Counted from the stretch's first letter, positions 31,322 to 42,956 are shown. The stretch is DNA of 64,000 nucleotides from Candidatus Hodarchaeota archaeon (GCA_048886685.1 JBHLKM010000016.1:1-64000), one strand, 5' to 3'. The notes: generated from the letters alone by a model not told the origin. Numbers and translations are program-made.

Positions 31322-32827
31322 TTAAAGATCATCAACTTTCTTTTTAAAATTCTTCCATTTAATAAAAATGCTATTATATTTTTCTGCTATTGTTGGATCT
31401 ACTTCGAATGTTTTATATTTAATAATTTCATTAATAATGCTCTTATAATCTGGGTAAAGATTTAGTCCTACTAACGTATTTATGGCATTACCTATATATG
31501 CTGAATCTTTCACATTTGGCACTTTTATTTCCGTTTTTAATATATTTGTTAAGATTTTACAGAACTCCTCTGATTTTGACATACCGCCTGCGCAAAATGT
31601 TATATTTTCTGATTGTGTAAAATATTGCAAAGCTTGAAAATTTTCAAGAATCGCAAAGCATATACCTTCAATAATACTCTGAGTGAAGTGTTCCAACCTG
31701 GGTAATTCTTCCCCAATCATACTAGGTGGTTGAAAAATAAAAATTCCTCTCTTTATAGAAGTTTGATCTTTTACTGCCATTAGTTCCGGACCTAAATATG
31801 CATAAGTTGCTCCTGCACCGGGTTTACCTTTAGATAAATAATGATCAATAATTTTATTTTTATCGCCTTGGGACTCTAAAATAAAGGCTTCCTTAAACCA
31901 ATCATATGCTCTTCCGGTACCACCCGCATTGGCTTCAATTAACCATTTATCTTTAACTGCGTGACATTCTGTCCAAAAATTCAGGTTGGGATCAATTAAA
32001 GGTTTATTTACTACTAAATGTACAGGAGCTGTTGTTCCCAAACTAATTCCGATGTTGTTTTGCTCAATTGCACCCATCCCTAATAAATTTGCTTGAGTAT
32101 CTCCACATCCTTTTACAACAGGAATCTCTTTTTGGTTTAATCCGAATTCTTTCATTAAATCAGATTTTAAGTCGCCGATTATTGTTCCTGGATCAATGAT
32201 TTTAGGAAGAATTTCTGAATTAATGTTAAAAGCTTCAATGATTTCCTTACTCCATTTTTTTTTTTTAACATCAAAGAGTTGAGACTCCCCAATAGAAGTG
32301 TAATCAGTATAGAACATTCCGGTAAGTCTATAGCCAATCCAATCATCTAACATTAATATTTTGTTTATATTATTATATTGGTCTTCTTGCTCTTCCTGAA
32401 ACCATAATAAACGAGCTAATGTAAACATTAAAGAAGGACTATGTGCAGTTATATTGAATAGCTTTTCTTCTGTAAATTTATCTTCAATAAGATAAGCTGA
32501 GTCGATACCCCTCATGTCAGTGTTAGGCCCACCATATATCTCATTACCCTTACTATCTAAAAAAACCGTTGCTATTCTTTGACCACATGAAGATATACCA
32601 ATAATTTTTTCAGGCTTATTCTCTTTTAATACATTCTTTATGCAAATTTTAATTTTATTCCATATTTCATCCATGTTTAATTTCTTTACAAAACCATGAA
32701 TATCTTCATCAATGATTTTATATTCTTGAGTTGAAACAGATTCCAGTTCTAATTTATCGGAAATAATACCAACTTTAACTATTTTTGAAGATATATCAAT
32801 CGATATTATTTTATCTGGATTTGCCAT
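31322..32827 (-). CDS. FGGY family carbohydrate kinase
   Basis: GD(T)QA, LGTT, AGGMSKS; divergent N-terminal DISS motif. Confidence 0.85.
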   Translation of the reverse strand: MANPDKIISIDISSKIVKVGIISDKLELESVSTQEYKIIDEDIHGFVKKLNMDEIWNKIKICIKNVLKENKPEKIIGISSCGQRIATVFLDSKGNEIYGGPNTDMRGIDSAYLIEDKFTEEKLFNITAHSPSLMFTLARLLWFQEEQEDQYNNINKILMLDDWIGYRLTGMFYTDYTSIGESQLFDVKKKKWSKEIIEAFNINSEILPKIIDPGTIIGDLKSDLMKEFGLNQKEIPVVKGCGDTQANLLGMGAIEQNNIGISLGTTAPVHLVVNKPLIDPNLNFWTECHAVKDKWLIEANAGGTGRAYDWFKEAFILESQGDKNKIIDHYLSKGKPGAGATYAYLGPELMAVKDQTSIKRGIFIFQPPSMIGEELPRLEHFTQSIIEGICFAILENFQALQYFTQSENITFCAGGMSKSEEFCKILTNILKTEIKVPNVKDSAYIGNAINTLVGLNLYPDYKSIINEIIKYKTFEVDPTIAEKYNSIFIKWKNFKKKVDDL

Positions 32828-32896
32828 TTCTTACTATCTCAAAATGTTTCAAATTTTTGAATAAAAATGCTAATGATAAACAAATAAAGATATATT

Positions 32897-33529
32897 CTAT
32901 GTGAGATACTTTCGAGAGATTTCTCCTCTAGGCGATTCTTCTTCGAATAATATGGCTTGAAAAGAATAAATTTTGGTGTCTAAATCTTTCCAAGCGTCTG
33001 CTGGGAGCATAGATTTTTGACAAGTATGATTGAGAAAAGTTTCTACATCCCAATTCCTATCATGATCTATAGGAACTTGAGGAAGAAGTAATCCCCTTCG
33101 CCACCCTTTTTCTGCAATAAGTCCATCTCTTCCGATTACGATTTTATCAAGATATTCTTTGGGATCATTGACGATAATTAATTCTGGGGGTGTCAATATT
33201 GATAATTCGATAACAATTTCATCCATTTCTTCAAGAGTTACAGAAGGGAATCTAGGATCTTCAATAGCGGAGCTGATTGAGACTTTATGGATAACGTCAT
33301 AAAGAGAATATTTAGGTTCAATATAACCGATGCAACCTCTTAATGGATTACCCCATACTTCATATCTATTTAAGGTAACAAAAGCCCCATACTTATCATT
33401 GAACTTTTCTTTTATATATTCGGGAATAGGCTTTGCTCTATCGTTTTCTAGAAAAAATTCAATGTTGTCTCGAGCAAATTCAACTAGCAATTGACCATCT
33501 TTTAGACTAAATTTCTCTTCATAAGACAT
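32897..33529 (-). CDS. AMMECR1 domain protein
   Basis: GAFVTL, LRGCIG, EDPRF, GLLLPQV. Confidence 0.92.
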   Translation of the reverse strand: MSYEEKFSLKDGQLLVEFARDNIEFFLENDRAKPIPEYIKEKFNDKYGAFVTLNRYEVWGNPLRGCIGYIEPKYSLYDVIHKVSISSAIEDPRFPSVTLEEMDEIVIELSILTPPELIIVNDPKEYLDKIVIGRDGLIAEKGWRRGLLLPQVPIDHDRNWDVETFLNHTCQKSMLPADAWKDLDTKIYSFQAILFEEESPRGEISRKYLT

Positions 33530-33582
33530 AATCTGATTCCTATAATCGATTTGAGTTATGTATTATTATATTGCTTAGACAT

Positions 33583-34983
33583 TTATACTTTATAACTCGC
33601 TTTTAAAATTTTTCCATTTGAAGTACTTTTTTCATTATTTATTTCATTTCCACTTAAAAATACTTTCCAAATCTGAACAGTTGAATTACAATTTTCAAAT
33701 GGGGAGTATTTTGCTTTTGTTTTAAAGTTTTGAGATCTAATTGGAAATTTAGGGATCTTATCAATTATCGTTAAATCAGCATCATACCCGTCTTTAATAA
33801 AGCCTTTATTTTTTAAATTGAAAGTTTTAGCGGGATTTTCAGAAGAAATTTTAACGAAATTTTCTAATGAAAGGTTGAAATTAAAGATTTTATTTATTAT
33901 CATTAATGGGTAAGTCTCAAAACCAGGGAATCCAGAGGGGGCATCGAAATAATCTTGAGATTTTTCTTTTAAAGTATGAGGTGCGTGATCGGTTCCAATT
34001 AAAGATACATTACCTTTCTTAAGTTCATTAAATAAAAATTGACTATGTTCAGAACTTCTTAAAGGAGGTAATACCTTGCCATGATTTTTTTCATTTAACA
34101 TAATTTCATTCGACAGAAGTAGATGATGAGGAGTAATTTCAAAAGAAATTTTTAAGCTGTGTTCTGATTTTAATGCCTTTTGTATCGCCTTATAGCCTTG
34201 AATGCAGCTTACATGGCAAAAATGGACAATTGGATAATTATCTGGGGTTAATTTATTAATGGTGATATGTTTTTTATAATTTTCAATTATAAATTCAATG
34301 TATTTTTCTTCCATTTCGACCGGATTTAATTTATCGTGTAATTCTAAAGTATTAAATTTCTGGATTTTGAATCCATTAAGAATTTGTTCTTTTTCTTTAT
34401 CAGAGATTGAAAAACCAGCATGAATAAATAAGGGAATTTGGTATATAGAAGAGATAGTAAGAATTTTCTGAATATTATCGGTATTATTCCAATTTATATT
34501 GCTTAAGGGATTAAGTGGGTAAATTTTGAATCCAATTACTCCTAAGTTAATAATTTTTTTTATTTCGTTCTCGTCAATTTCTTTTGGAATCCCTGCTATA
34601 AATCCAACATCCACGTTAATACTAGATTGTGCTTTTTCCATCCAGCTCTTTACTTGATCTTCTGAAATTGCGGGAGGTTTTGTATTTGGCATATTAAATA
34701 CAGTTGTTATCCCAGAATAAGCAGCTGCTTTTGTTCCGGTAAAAAAGGTTTCTTTCTCACTTTGTTCCATATCACGCAGATGAGAATGAATATCAATTAT
34801 TCCTGGTAAAACTAATTTATTTTGACAATCTAATACCTTGTTATCCTCGTTCATTTCTAATAATCTTTTAAAATCATTCTCCTCAGGTTCATATTTAACT
34901 TCTACAATAATACCATTTTTGATAAGGATAGCTCCTTCATGTACTAAACCTTCAGAAAAGATTTTCGCGTTTTTTAGAATCAT
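33583..34983 (-). CDS. pyrC: Dihydroorotase
   Basis: DIHSHLRD, MPNTKP, CHVS, TDHAPH, SG.PG.ET. Confidence 0.9.
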   Translation of the reverse strand: MILKNAKIFSEGLVHEGAILIKNGIIVEVKYEPEENDFKRLLEMNEDNKVLDCQNKLVLPGIIDIHSHLRDMEQSEKETFFTGTKAAAYSGITTVFNMPNTKPPAISEDQVKSWMEKAQSSINVDVGFIAGIPKEIDENEIKKIINLGVIGFKIYPLNPLSNINWNNTDNIQKILTISSIYQIPLFIHAGFSISDKEKEQILNGFKIQKFNTLELHDKLNPVEMEEKYIEFIIENYKKHITINKLTPDNYPIVHFCHVSCIQGYKAIQKALKSEHSLKISFEITPHHLLLSNEIMLNEKNHGKVLPPLRSSEHSQFLFNELKKGNVSLIGTDHAPHTLKEKSQDYFDAPSGFPGFETYPLMIINKIFNFNLSLENFVKISSENPAKTFNLKNKGFIKDGYDADLTIIDKIPKFPIRSQNFKTKAKYSPFENCNSTVQIWKVFLSGNEINNEKSTSNGKILKASYKV

Positions 34984-34997
34984 AAATCTATTTACTT

Positions 34998-35627
34998 TTA
35001 TAGAGTCTCTTGATGATCTTTTTGAAAATTAATATATAAAATTTTATTTTCTATTGGTTTAATTTTAGAAAGAGATAAAAAATTTATATTTTTCATTTGT
35101 CTAAACATATGGATAAGATCAGATTTTTCAGTAGAACTAGTAAAAGTTGGAATTACATAGAAATCTGATTCTTTAATAACTACCAGATCCTCTTTTATAG
35201 GTTCAATATCATCTACTATGAGATGAACATTTCCTTCTATGATAGATTTAAAATAGTGAATAAATGAAGAATCCCCCAAAAACCTTCTAACATAAATGCC
35301 TGGTGTAGATTTCATTGTATTTGTTTCTTTTGAATCATCTCTTCCCCTCATAAGAGATAAAGCTTTTAGAAGAAGTAAAGCTTGAGATCTTTCATCAGGA
35401 CCTAAATATCTTAATTTATTTCCTAGAAAACTTATAAGAAAATGCGCATCTTGGAAATACACATGCAAGTTATTATTTTTTCGAAAGGAATAAGATAGAC
35501 AAAAAGTTTCTCTTATACATGAGCACAACTCATAAACTTTTTGAGGAGTAAGGCCTTTATCAATATCTTTTTTTGTATAATAAATGATTTTTTCAAAGAG
35601 TAATAAGAAATTTACCAATCTAATCAA
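34998..35627 (-). CDS. TrmY-like SPOUT methyltransferase (divergent)
   Basis: LSYSFR, L.PDERS..LL, STPGI motifs; upstream srp54 context. Confidence 0.6.
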   Translation of the reverse strand: MIRLVNFLLLFEKIIYYTKKDIDKGLTPQKVYELCSCIRETFCLSYSFRKNNNLHVYFQDAHFLISFLGNKLRYLGPDERSQALLLLKALSLMRGRDDSKETNTMKSTPGIYVRRFLGDSSFIHYFKSIIEGNVHLIVDDIEPIKEDLVVIKESDFYVIPTFTSSTEKSDLIHMFRQMKNINFLSLSKIKPIENKILYINFQKDHQETL

Positions 35628-35652
35628 ACATAATATAAGTAAAATCTAAATT

Positions 35653-37026
35653 CTAAAATTTACCCAACTTCTTCATGAAGTCAGCACCTGCTTTCCCTCC
35701 AGGTAAACCTGGCATTCCCGGAAAACCCTTACCTTTTTTCTGCATTTGGAGGAATTTCTTCATGAATCGCTTCATCTGGCTATACTGGTCAAGCATTTTG
35801 TTTATTACTGAATAGTCTGTGCCCGAACCAATTGCAATCCGTCTTTTTCTTGTTTTTTTAATGATTTTCGGTTCCATTTTTTCTTCATGTGTCATAGAGT
35901 CTAAAACTATTCTCCATCTTTCGAGATTTCTCTCAGCATCATCTTTTAAAGCATCAGGTATGTTTCCTCCACCCATCATAGATAATATTTGTTGGAATTT
36001 TCCTACTTTTTTAATTGAAGCAAGCTGCTGATAAAGGTCCTCAAGCGTAAATCGTCCATGAATCATACGTTTAATGGTTTCTTCATCTGGGGTAATTTCA
36101 GCTTCTTCAACTTTTTGGACTAATGATTCAATATCGGGTACACCAAGTAGAGTTCCTACGAATTTAGATGGTTCAAATTCTTCAAGATCATCAATTTTTT
36201 CTCCAACACCTATGAAACGAATCCCCGCATTCGTAGCGGCACATGCGGATAAAGCACCACCGCCTTTAGCAGTTCCATCTAATTTTGTAACAATAATACT
36301 CCCGAGACTTGTAGTATTATCGAATTCAGTTGCTTGGTTGAATGCTTGTTGGCCTAAGGTTCCATCAACAACCAAAATTACTTCATTCGGCTTCAATTTT
36401 TGTTCAAGGATTGCCATTTCTTTCATTAATTCTTTTTCTTCTTTATGTCTTCCTGCTGTGTCTGCGATAATTAAATCATTTCCATCATTTATTGCTTTTT
36501 TAGTCTCTTGAATCGCAATTTTAATAGCATTTTTTTCATTTGGATTTCCATAGCACTTTACTCCAATTTGTTCAGTGAGTTGAACTAGCTGTTCGTAAGC
36601 ACCAGGTCGCCAAGTATCAGTTGTTAAAGCAGCTACTTTATATCCTTTGCTTTTGTAATATTTAGCTAATTTACCGATTGTAGTTGTTTTACCAGAACCT
36701 TGAATTCCAACAAGTAAAATCACATTCTTTTTTCCAGGCTTGATTCGAATTGGGGTTGGTTTTCCACCTAATAAGTTGATAAGCTCATCATGAACTAATT
36801 TTATTACAAAATCTTTCCGTTTTGCCTTCTGTAGCTTTGTGTTCATGGCTTCTTTTTTGATATTTTCTGTCATCTGGAAAACTAACTCAACTTTTACATC
36901 AGCACTCAAGAGACTTCGTTGAAGATCTTGAATAAGTGCACTTATTGCGTCCTTATCCACTATTGGAAGTCGTCTAATTCTACGGATCGCACTGTCTAAT
37001 TGTCTTCCAAGTTTTTCTAAGACCAT
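35653..37026 (-). CDS. srp54: Signal recognition particle protein SRP54
   Basis: GIQGSGKTT, DTAGRH, TKLDG.AKGGG, Met-rich M domain. Confidence 0.97.
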   Translation of the reverse strand: MVLEKLGRQLDSAIRRIRRLPIVDKDAISALIQDLQRSLLSADVKVELVFQMTENIKKEAMNTKLQKAKRKDFVIKLVHDELINLLGGKPTPIRIKPGKKNVILLVGIQGSGKTTTIGKLAKYYKSKGYKVAALTTDTWRPGAYEQLVQLTEQIGVKCYGNPNEKNAIKIAIQETKKAINDGNDLIIADTAGRHKEEKELMKEMAILEQKLKPNEVILVVDGTLGQQAFNQATEFDNTTSLGSIIVTKLDGTAKGGGALSACAATNAGIRFIGVGEKIDDLEEFEPSKFVGTLLGVPDIESLVQKVEEAEITPDEETIKRMIHGRFTLEDLYQQLASIKKVGKFQQILSMMGGGNIPDALKDDAERNLERWRIVLDSMTHEEKMEPKIIKKTRKRRIAIGSGTDYSVINKMLDQYSQMKRFMKKFLQMQKKGKGFPGMPGLPGGKAGADFMKKLGKF

Positions 37027-37178
37027 TAAAACTTTGCTCTAATTTTTTGTAATGTATTTGGAATAGTTCTCAAAAACTAATATTTTTTTTTGAAAAAATA
37101 TAATATATCATAAAAGAAATGTCAAAATTAATTAAAAATATTTTGAATAAGAACAAACAAACTAAGGTGGTAATGTAA

Positions 37179-37607
37179 TTGTCTATTAGAAGAACAGAGA
37201 TACAAAAATTAAAATCTGGGCATTATATAATGATCGACGAGGAACCCTGTATTATTAAGTCAACAGAGAGAAGTAAAAGCGGGAAACATGGTCATGCTAA
37301 AGTTAGGGTCGTTTGTGTAGGTCTTTTCGATAATAATAAACGTTCATTAACCTTTCCAAGTGGTTCAATGGTTGATATTCCCGAGATTGTTAAGGGAAAC
37401 GCCCAAATCAATTTCATAGAAGATGCTTCGATCAATATTATGGATTTAGAATCTTATGAGTCTTTCGATGTTGATTGGCCGAAAGAAGAAGACTTATCAA
37501 AGAAATTGAAAGAACTCCAGGCAAATCCTGATAAGATATCAACAGCTCAAGTGGATTATTGGCAATTAGCTGGAAAAACTCTAATTAACAGAGTTTTTAC
37601 TAACTAG
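37179..37607 (+). CDS. eif5a: Translation factor aIF5A
   Basis: Hypusine motif SKSGKHGHAK; TTG start after AAGGTGG RBS. Confidence 0.95.
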   Translation: MSIRRTEIQKLKSGHYIMIDEEPCIIKSTERSKSGKHGHAKVRVVCVGLFDNNKRSLTFPSGSMVDIPEIVKGNAQINFIEDASINIMDLESYESFDVDWPKEEDLSKKLKELQANPDKISTAQVDYWQLAGKTLINRVFTN

Positions 37608-37711
37608 ACAAACTAAATATATATTGTATTAATATTATTTTGAAAAAAAATATTTATTTTTTTGATAGTTATATGAAAAGTTAAGATTTAATTAAGGAAA
37701 GGCGCGGAATC

Positions 37712-38608
37712 ATGGAGAAAAAACCTATTGCTATTGCTTGTAGGCTAGATTCAGAAAGAGCAATCAAATTAGCCAAGAGAATTTTTGAATTTTTGGTAAA
37801 AAAAGGGGAAGTCATCTATTTAGAAACTAGAATTGCTCCGAAAATTTTTCTACATAATGGCATGGATTTAGCGGAGATGAGTGCTGATAATATTAAGTTC
37901 ATAATTACAATAGGTGGGGATGGATCAATTTTACGAGTTGCTAGTGGTTTATCACAAAAGGATCCTCCTCCTATTTTAGGCGTAAATGTGGGCTCTATAG
38001 GATTTTTAGATGAGTCCAATGAACGAACAATCTTTAAAGATCTAATACAAGCATTAAACGGTGATTTTGAATATGAAGTATGTTCAAAAATTACTCCTTA
38101 TATAGTTAAAGACTCTGAAGAAATCAGGTTGAATAATGCTTTGAATGAGATTTTAATAGTGTCTTCAAAGAGTTCTAAAGTACTCCAAGTATCGATAAGA
38201 ATTAATGGTATTTTCCTAAATCGTAGCTATTTAGATGGTGTAATAATCTCTACATCAACAGGATCCACTGCTTATAATTTAAGTGCTGGAGGTGCAATCG
38301 TTAATCCAAATATGGATATTATGCAAATAACACCGTTAAATAGTTTTGCTGGGTCAGGATTAAAGCCAATTATACTCCCAATTGATTCTCTAATTGAAAT
38401 TCAGCTCCTAAGACCCCGATTAGATGCAAAGATAGTTATAGATGGCCAAAGAACTATTAAAAAAATAGCTCCTAATACCAGAATCAGAATTCGTAAGGCA
38501 AATTCTCATAATAAATTCATTCGGTTTAGTAAAAGTTATTATACACGTTTAAGGAAGAAAATTCTTTCTACAGTAAGAACACCTATTGATGATTCACCAG
38601 AAGAATAG
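37712..38608 (+). CDS. nadK: NAD kinase
   Basis: GGDGS, LNE, DG...STSTGSTAYNLSAGG. Confidence 0.93.
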   Translation: MEKKPIAIACRLDSERAIKLAKRIFEFLVKKGEVIYLETRIAPKIFLHNGMDLAEMSADNIKFIITIGGDGSILRVASGLSQKDPPPILGVNVGSIGFLDESNERTIFKDLIQALNGDFEYEVCSKITPYIVKDSEEIRLNNALNEILIVSSKSSKVLQVSIRINGIFLNRSYLDGVIISTSTGSTAYNLSAGGAIVNPNMDIMQITPLNSFAGSGLKPIILPIDSLIEIQLLRPRLDAKIVIDGQRTIKKIAPNTRIRIRKANSHNKFIRFSKSYYTRLRKKILSTVRTPIDDSPEE

Positions 38609-38612
38609 CATT

Positions 38613-39149
38613 ATGAATGAAAAATCACCGATTTATATTTTTGATACTAATATTTTCCTCACTGGTATTGATTTTAATTTGATTGAGGGAAAAATCTACA
38701 CAACCCCAAAAATAATCGATGAAATTACAGTAAGAAAATATAAGGATAAAAATAGAAATATTTTAAATAAAATAGACGCTGCAATCAACAGTAAAAAATT
38801 AATTCTAACTATACCCTCAGAAGAATTTATTTATAGAGTAGAACAAAAATCCAAATCTACAGGGGATTATAAAGCATTATCAAAGGCAGACACAGAATTA
38901 ATAGCATTATCCTTAGAGTTATTAGAAAACCAAAATGAGAACGTTAAAATGTATTCCAATGATTATTCAATTGAGAATATATGTTCTGAACTAAGTATCC
39001 CTTTCTCTCCCTTACATAAGGAGGGTATTAAATCAAAAATCGTTTGGGAAGTATATTGTCCTTTTTGCAAAAGCATACATAAAGCTGAAGATTTAAATAA
39101 AATATGCGAAAAATGTGGATCCAAATTAAAAAGAAGACCTAAAACCTAA
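38613..39149 (+). CDS. nob1: Nob1 endonuclease (PIN plus Zn ribbon)
   Basis: FDTN, TGD..LS.AD, SNDYSI.N, CPFC...CEKCG. Confidence 0.9.
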   Translation: MNEKSPIYIFDTNIFLTGIDFNLIEGKIYTTPKIIDEITVRKYKDKNRNILNKIDAAINSKKLILTIPSEEFIYRVEQKSKSTGDYKALSKADTELIALSLELLENQNENVKMYSNDYSIENICSELSIPFSPLHKEGIKSKIVWEVYCPFCKSIHKAEDLNKICEKCGSKLKRRPKT

Positions 39150-39233
39150 AAGTAATATAATATATTAGTGGTAATTATATAAATTGTATCATATATTAAT
39201 ATCGAAGGTGTATAAAAAGGATAACTTGCAAAA

Positions 39234-40286
39234 ATGGGCGTTAAAATAAATGAATTAGTAAATGAAGTCAAACGAACGATAACATTTGAAAATCTTTTTA
39301 AAAAAAATATAGCAATCGACGCATTTAATACAATTTATCAATTTTTGGCTATAATTCGGCAACGAGATGGGACTCCATTAAAAGATTTTCAGGGAAAGAC
39401 AACTTCACATTTATCTGGATTGTTTTATAGGAGTATTAACTTTTTAGAGCATAATATAAGACCAATTTACGTTTTTGATGGTATTCCTTCTGAATTAAAA
39501 CTTGATACAATAAAAACGCGGAAAAAAGTTAAGGAAGAAGCTCAACAAAAGATGATTGAAGCTCAAGATGCAGAAGATTTTAAAGAAGCTAAAAAATTTG
39601 CCCAATTTACTTCAAAACTTGATGAGGATATGGTAGAAGAAAGTAAGAAATTAATTGAATCCATGGGCATCCCGATAATTCAAGCTACTTCTGAAGGAGA
39701 GGCTCAAGCTGCTTATATGGTTGAAGTTGGAGACGCTTGGGCATGTGCTTCTCAAGATTATGATGCCCTATTATTTGGCGGAGAACGTTTAGTTCGTAAT
39801 TTTGCGATTAGTCGGAGTAGGAAAGTAAAAGATACGACAGTAACTTTAGATATAGAGTATGTTTCGTTATCAAAATTCTTAAAAAATTTAGGAATTACTC
39901 GAGAACAGCTAGTTGAAATGGGTATCTTAATAGGGACCGATTTTTTTCCTGGAATTAAAGGTATTGGTCAGAAAACCGCCCTGGATTTAATTAAAAAACA
40001 CGATTCTATAGAAAATATCTTAAAAAACAATGTTAAGGTTGGAAATAAAGATATTCTATTGGATCTAGAACTAGTAGAGCACATTAAAAATATATTTCTA
40101 AATCCTGACGTTAATAATAATTATAATACACCAAAACCCAAGAAGATCGACTTTGAAAAGATAGAAGAATTATTAATTGAGCAGCATAATTTTTCTAAAC
40201 AAAGAGTTGAAAATGCTTTAGAAAGATTAAGAAAATTGGATTCTAAGAAAACTCAAGTTTCATTAGACGATTTTCTTAAGATTTAA
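39234..40286 (+). CDS. fen1: Flap endonuclease 1
   Basis: MGV start, IDAFN..YQFL, EGEAQAA, SQDYD, GTDF..GIKGIG, PIP box QVSLDDFL. Confidence 0.97.
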   Translation: MGVKINELVNEVKRTITFENLFKKNIAIDAFNTIYQFLAIIRQRDGTPLKDFQGKTTSHLSGLFYRSINFLEHNIRPIYVFDGIPSELKLDTIKTRKKVKEEAQQKMIEAQDAEDFKEAKKFAQFTSKLDEDMVEESKKLIESMGIPIIQATSEGEAQAAYMVEVGDAWACASQDYDALLFGGERLVRNFAISRSRKVKDTTVTLDIEYVSLSKFLKNLGITREQLVEMGILIGTDFFPGIKGIGQKTALDLIKKHDSIENILKNNVKVGNKDILLDLELVEHIKNIFLNPDVNNNYNTPKPKKIDFEKIEELLIEQHNFSKQRVENALERLRKLDSKKTQVSLDDFLKI

Positions 40287-40367
40287 ATGTTTAACGAAAA
40301 GGAAAAACTTTTACAAAATTAATAATTTGTATAATTTAGTATAATATTTTCTTAGAAATGAAAAATC

Positions 40368-42611
40368 ATGTCGTCTAATGACAATAATAATGAAGGAGAC
40401 AAACCAAAGAGTGGAAGTAATACTCCAAGTGTAGTGTTACGAGTACAGAAAGCTAAAAAGAGAGATATAAATAAGTCGATTATAAGAATTGATCAAAAAA
40501 CAATGGAAAAATTAAACATTCAAACTGGCGATGTTATTGAGGTTGTTGGTAAGAAGCAAAGCGCTGGAATTGCGTGGCCAAGTTATCCTCAAGATAATGG
40601 TTTGGGTATTGTACGTATTGATTCCAGATTACAGAAGAATACAGGAACCCGGATTGATGATACACTGGAAATTCGCAAAGTGAAGGCCGAAGCTGCCCAA
40701 AATATAGTTTTAGCACCATCTAATGTTAAATTTAGGAAAAATCCTCTTTTCGAGAGTTTTGTGAAAAGAAAACTAAATAATTATCCAGTTACACTCGATG
40801 ATTATATTTTCATATCCATAGGAATTAGCAGAGAAATTACTTTTAAAGTTATTAGTATGAGACCTAATGATGTTTGTATAATAAAACAAGACACAGTACT
40901 GAATATAAGCGAAAAAATTACTGAAGATGTTGAAGCTGGTGTTGGTTATATAACGTATGAGGATGTTGGTGGATTAGATAGAGAAATCCAGCGAGTACGA
41001 GAAATGGTTGAATTACCTTTACGACATCCCTCTTTATTTAAACGATTGGGGATTGATCCCCCAAAAGGAGTATTATTAAGAGGACCACCCGGTTGTGGGA
41101 AGACTCTATTAGCTAGGGCAGTTGCTAATGAAAGTGAAGCACATTTCATATCTATTAATGGTCCAGAAGTTATGAGTAAATTTTATGGAGAATCTGAGAA
41201 AAAATTACGTAAAATCTTTATTGAAGCAGAAGAAAAAAGTCCATCAATTATCTTTATTGATGAAATTGATGCAATTGCTCCAAAGAGAGAAACAGTTACT
41301 GGTGAAGTAGAACGACGAGTTGTTGCTCAACTTTTAGCTCTAATGGATGGCCTACATGGTAGAGGAAAAGTAATTGTAATTGGTGCGACTAACAGACCAA
41401 ATAGTTTGGATCCGGCTTTGAGACGACCTGGTAGATTTGATCGTGAAATTGAAATAAAAGTGCCTAATGAAAAAGGAAGATTAGAAATATTCCAAATACA
41501 TACACGGAACATGCCTCTTGATAAGAAAATTTCATTAAATGAGTTTGCCCAAATAACTCATGGATTTGTTGGGGCAGACATTTCTGCTGTGTCTCGAGAA
41601 GCAGCTATGTCAGCTTTACGAAGATATTTACCTAAGATAGATCTAGAATCAGAAATAATAGATCCAGAATTATTAGAAGAAATCGAGGTTACTAAAAATG
41701 ATTTTGAAGAAGCTTTAAAAGAGGTCTTACCTTCTGGAATAAGGGAAGTATTTGTAGAAGTACCGAATGTTACATGGGATCAAGTAGGCGGCTTAGAAAA
41801 TTTGAAACAGAAGTTGGTCGAGGCAGTAGATTGGCCTCTATCGAATCCATCTATATTTAGTCGTATGGGAATAAGGCCTCCGAAGGGAATTTTACTGTAT
41901 GGTCCACCTGGTTGTGGGAAAACGCTATTGGCAAGAGCTGTGGCAACTGAGAGTAAAGCCAATTTTATTTCTATAAAAGGACCAGAACTTTTATCAAAAT
42001 GGGTTGGAGAAAGTGAGAAAGCTATAAGAGAAGTTTTTAGAAAAGCAAAGATGGCAGCACCTTGTATTGTCTTTTTTGACGAATTTGATTCAATAGCACC
42101 GAGCCGAGGTAGACATACTTCTGATTCTGGAGTATCAGAAAAAGTCCTTTCACAATTTTTAACAGAATTAGATGGATTAGAAGTGATGAAAGATATTGTT
42201 GTAATTGCTGCGACAAATCGACCTGATATTTTAGATCCTGCGTTGATTAGACCAGGAAGAATTGATCGAATATTATTAGTTCCTGCTCCAGAAAAAAATG
42301 CAAGACTTGAGATCTTAAAAATATTTACCCAAGAGATGCCCCTTGGCGCAAATATGAAAATCGAACAATTGATAGAAATGACTGAAGATTTTTCTGGAGC
42401 CGATATAGAGACGTGGTGTCGTGAAGCCGCTATGATTGCTCTTAGAGAGAATATCAGAGCAAGAAAAGTTACACTGGAACATTTTAAAGAAGCTAGAGAA
42501 GATATTCATCCTACTATAACAAAAGATCTTATAGAATGGTATGAAAAATTCGGTGAGAAATTGAAAAGTCGAAGAATTGAAGAATCAAAAGAAGATAGGT
42601 TGTTCGTATAA
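40368..42611 (+). CDS. cdc48: CDC48/VCP family AAA+ ATPase
   Basis: N domain plus two AAA modules (GPPGCGKT twice, DEID/DEFD, RPGR); C-terminal RLFV tail. Confidence 0.96.
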   Translation: MSSNDNNNEGDKPKSGSNTPSVVLRVQKAKKRDINKSIIRIDQKTMEKLNIQTGDVIEVVGKKQSAGIAWPSYPQDNGLGIVRIDSRLQKNTGTRIDDTLEIRKVKAEAAQNIVLAPSNVKFRKNPLFESFVKRKLNNYPVTLDDYIFISIGISREITFKVISMRPNDVCIIKQDTVLNISEKITEDVEAGVGYITYEDVGGLDREIQRVREMVELPLRHPSLFKRLGIDPPKGVLLRGPPGCGKTLLARAVANESEAHFISINGPEVMSKFYGESEKKLRKIFIEAEEKSPSIIFIDEIDAIAPKRETVTGEVERRVVAQLLALMDGLHGRGKVIVIGATNRPNSLDPALRRPGRFDREIEIKVPNEKGRLEIFQIHTRNMPLDKKISLNEFAQITHGFVGADISAVSREAAMSALRRYLPKIDLESEIIDPELLEEIEVTKNDFEEALKEVLPSGIREVFVEVPNVTWDQVGGLENLKQKLVEAVDWPLSNPSIFSRMGIRPPKGILLYGPPGCGKTLLARAVATESKANFISIKGPELLSKWVGESEKAIREVFRKAKMAAPCIVFFDEFDSIAPSRGRHTSDSGVSEKVLSQFLTELDGLEVMKDIVVIAATNRPDILDPALIRPGRIDRILLVPAPEKNARLEILKIFTQEMPLGANMKIEQLIEMTEDFSGADIETWCREAAMIALRENIRARKVTLEHFKEAREDIHPTITKDLIEWYEKFGEKLKSRRIEESKEDRLFV

Positions 42612-42689
42612 ATTTCACAAAATTAATTAGAAAAGTATTATTATTATCTACATTACTCTATTTTTTATATATACTTTAGGTGGTTTAAT

Positions 42690-42956
42690 ATCGAACGTTG
42701 GAATCAAAAACCAATAGTAAATTCATTGATAGATATCCTTCTTAAAAATAAAGGGGAAATTTTGGATAAACGTCTCGAAGAACTTCTTAAGAAAGAATTT
42801 CCTTATATTAATTCCTTAATCTTAGAAGAGTTATTTATGAAATTGGAAAGTATGTCAATAATTAACGTATTTCGCGTCTCAAAGAATAAAAAAATGATAG
42901 TTTATAATAAACAAAACAGTGCGATAAGAGAAGGGCTATCTTCTGATTTACTTTAA
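42690..42956 (+). CDS. Small winged-helix-like hypothetical protein (start uncertain: ATC 42690 or TTG 42726)
   Basis: LFMKLES.SII.V wH pattern downstream of cdc48; AGGTGG RBS before ATC. Confidence 0.55.
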   Translation: MERWNQKPIVNSLIDILLKNKGEILDKRLEELLKKEFPYINSLILEELFMKLESMSIINVFRVSKNKKMIVYNKQNSAIREGLSSDLL

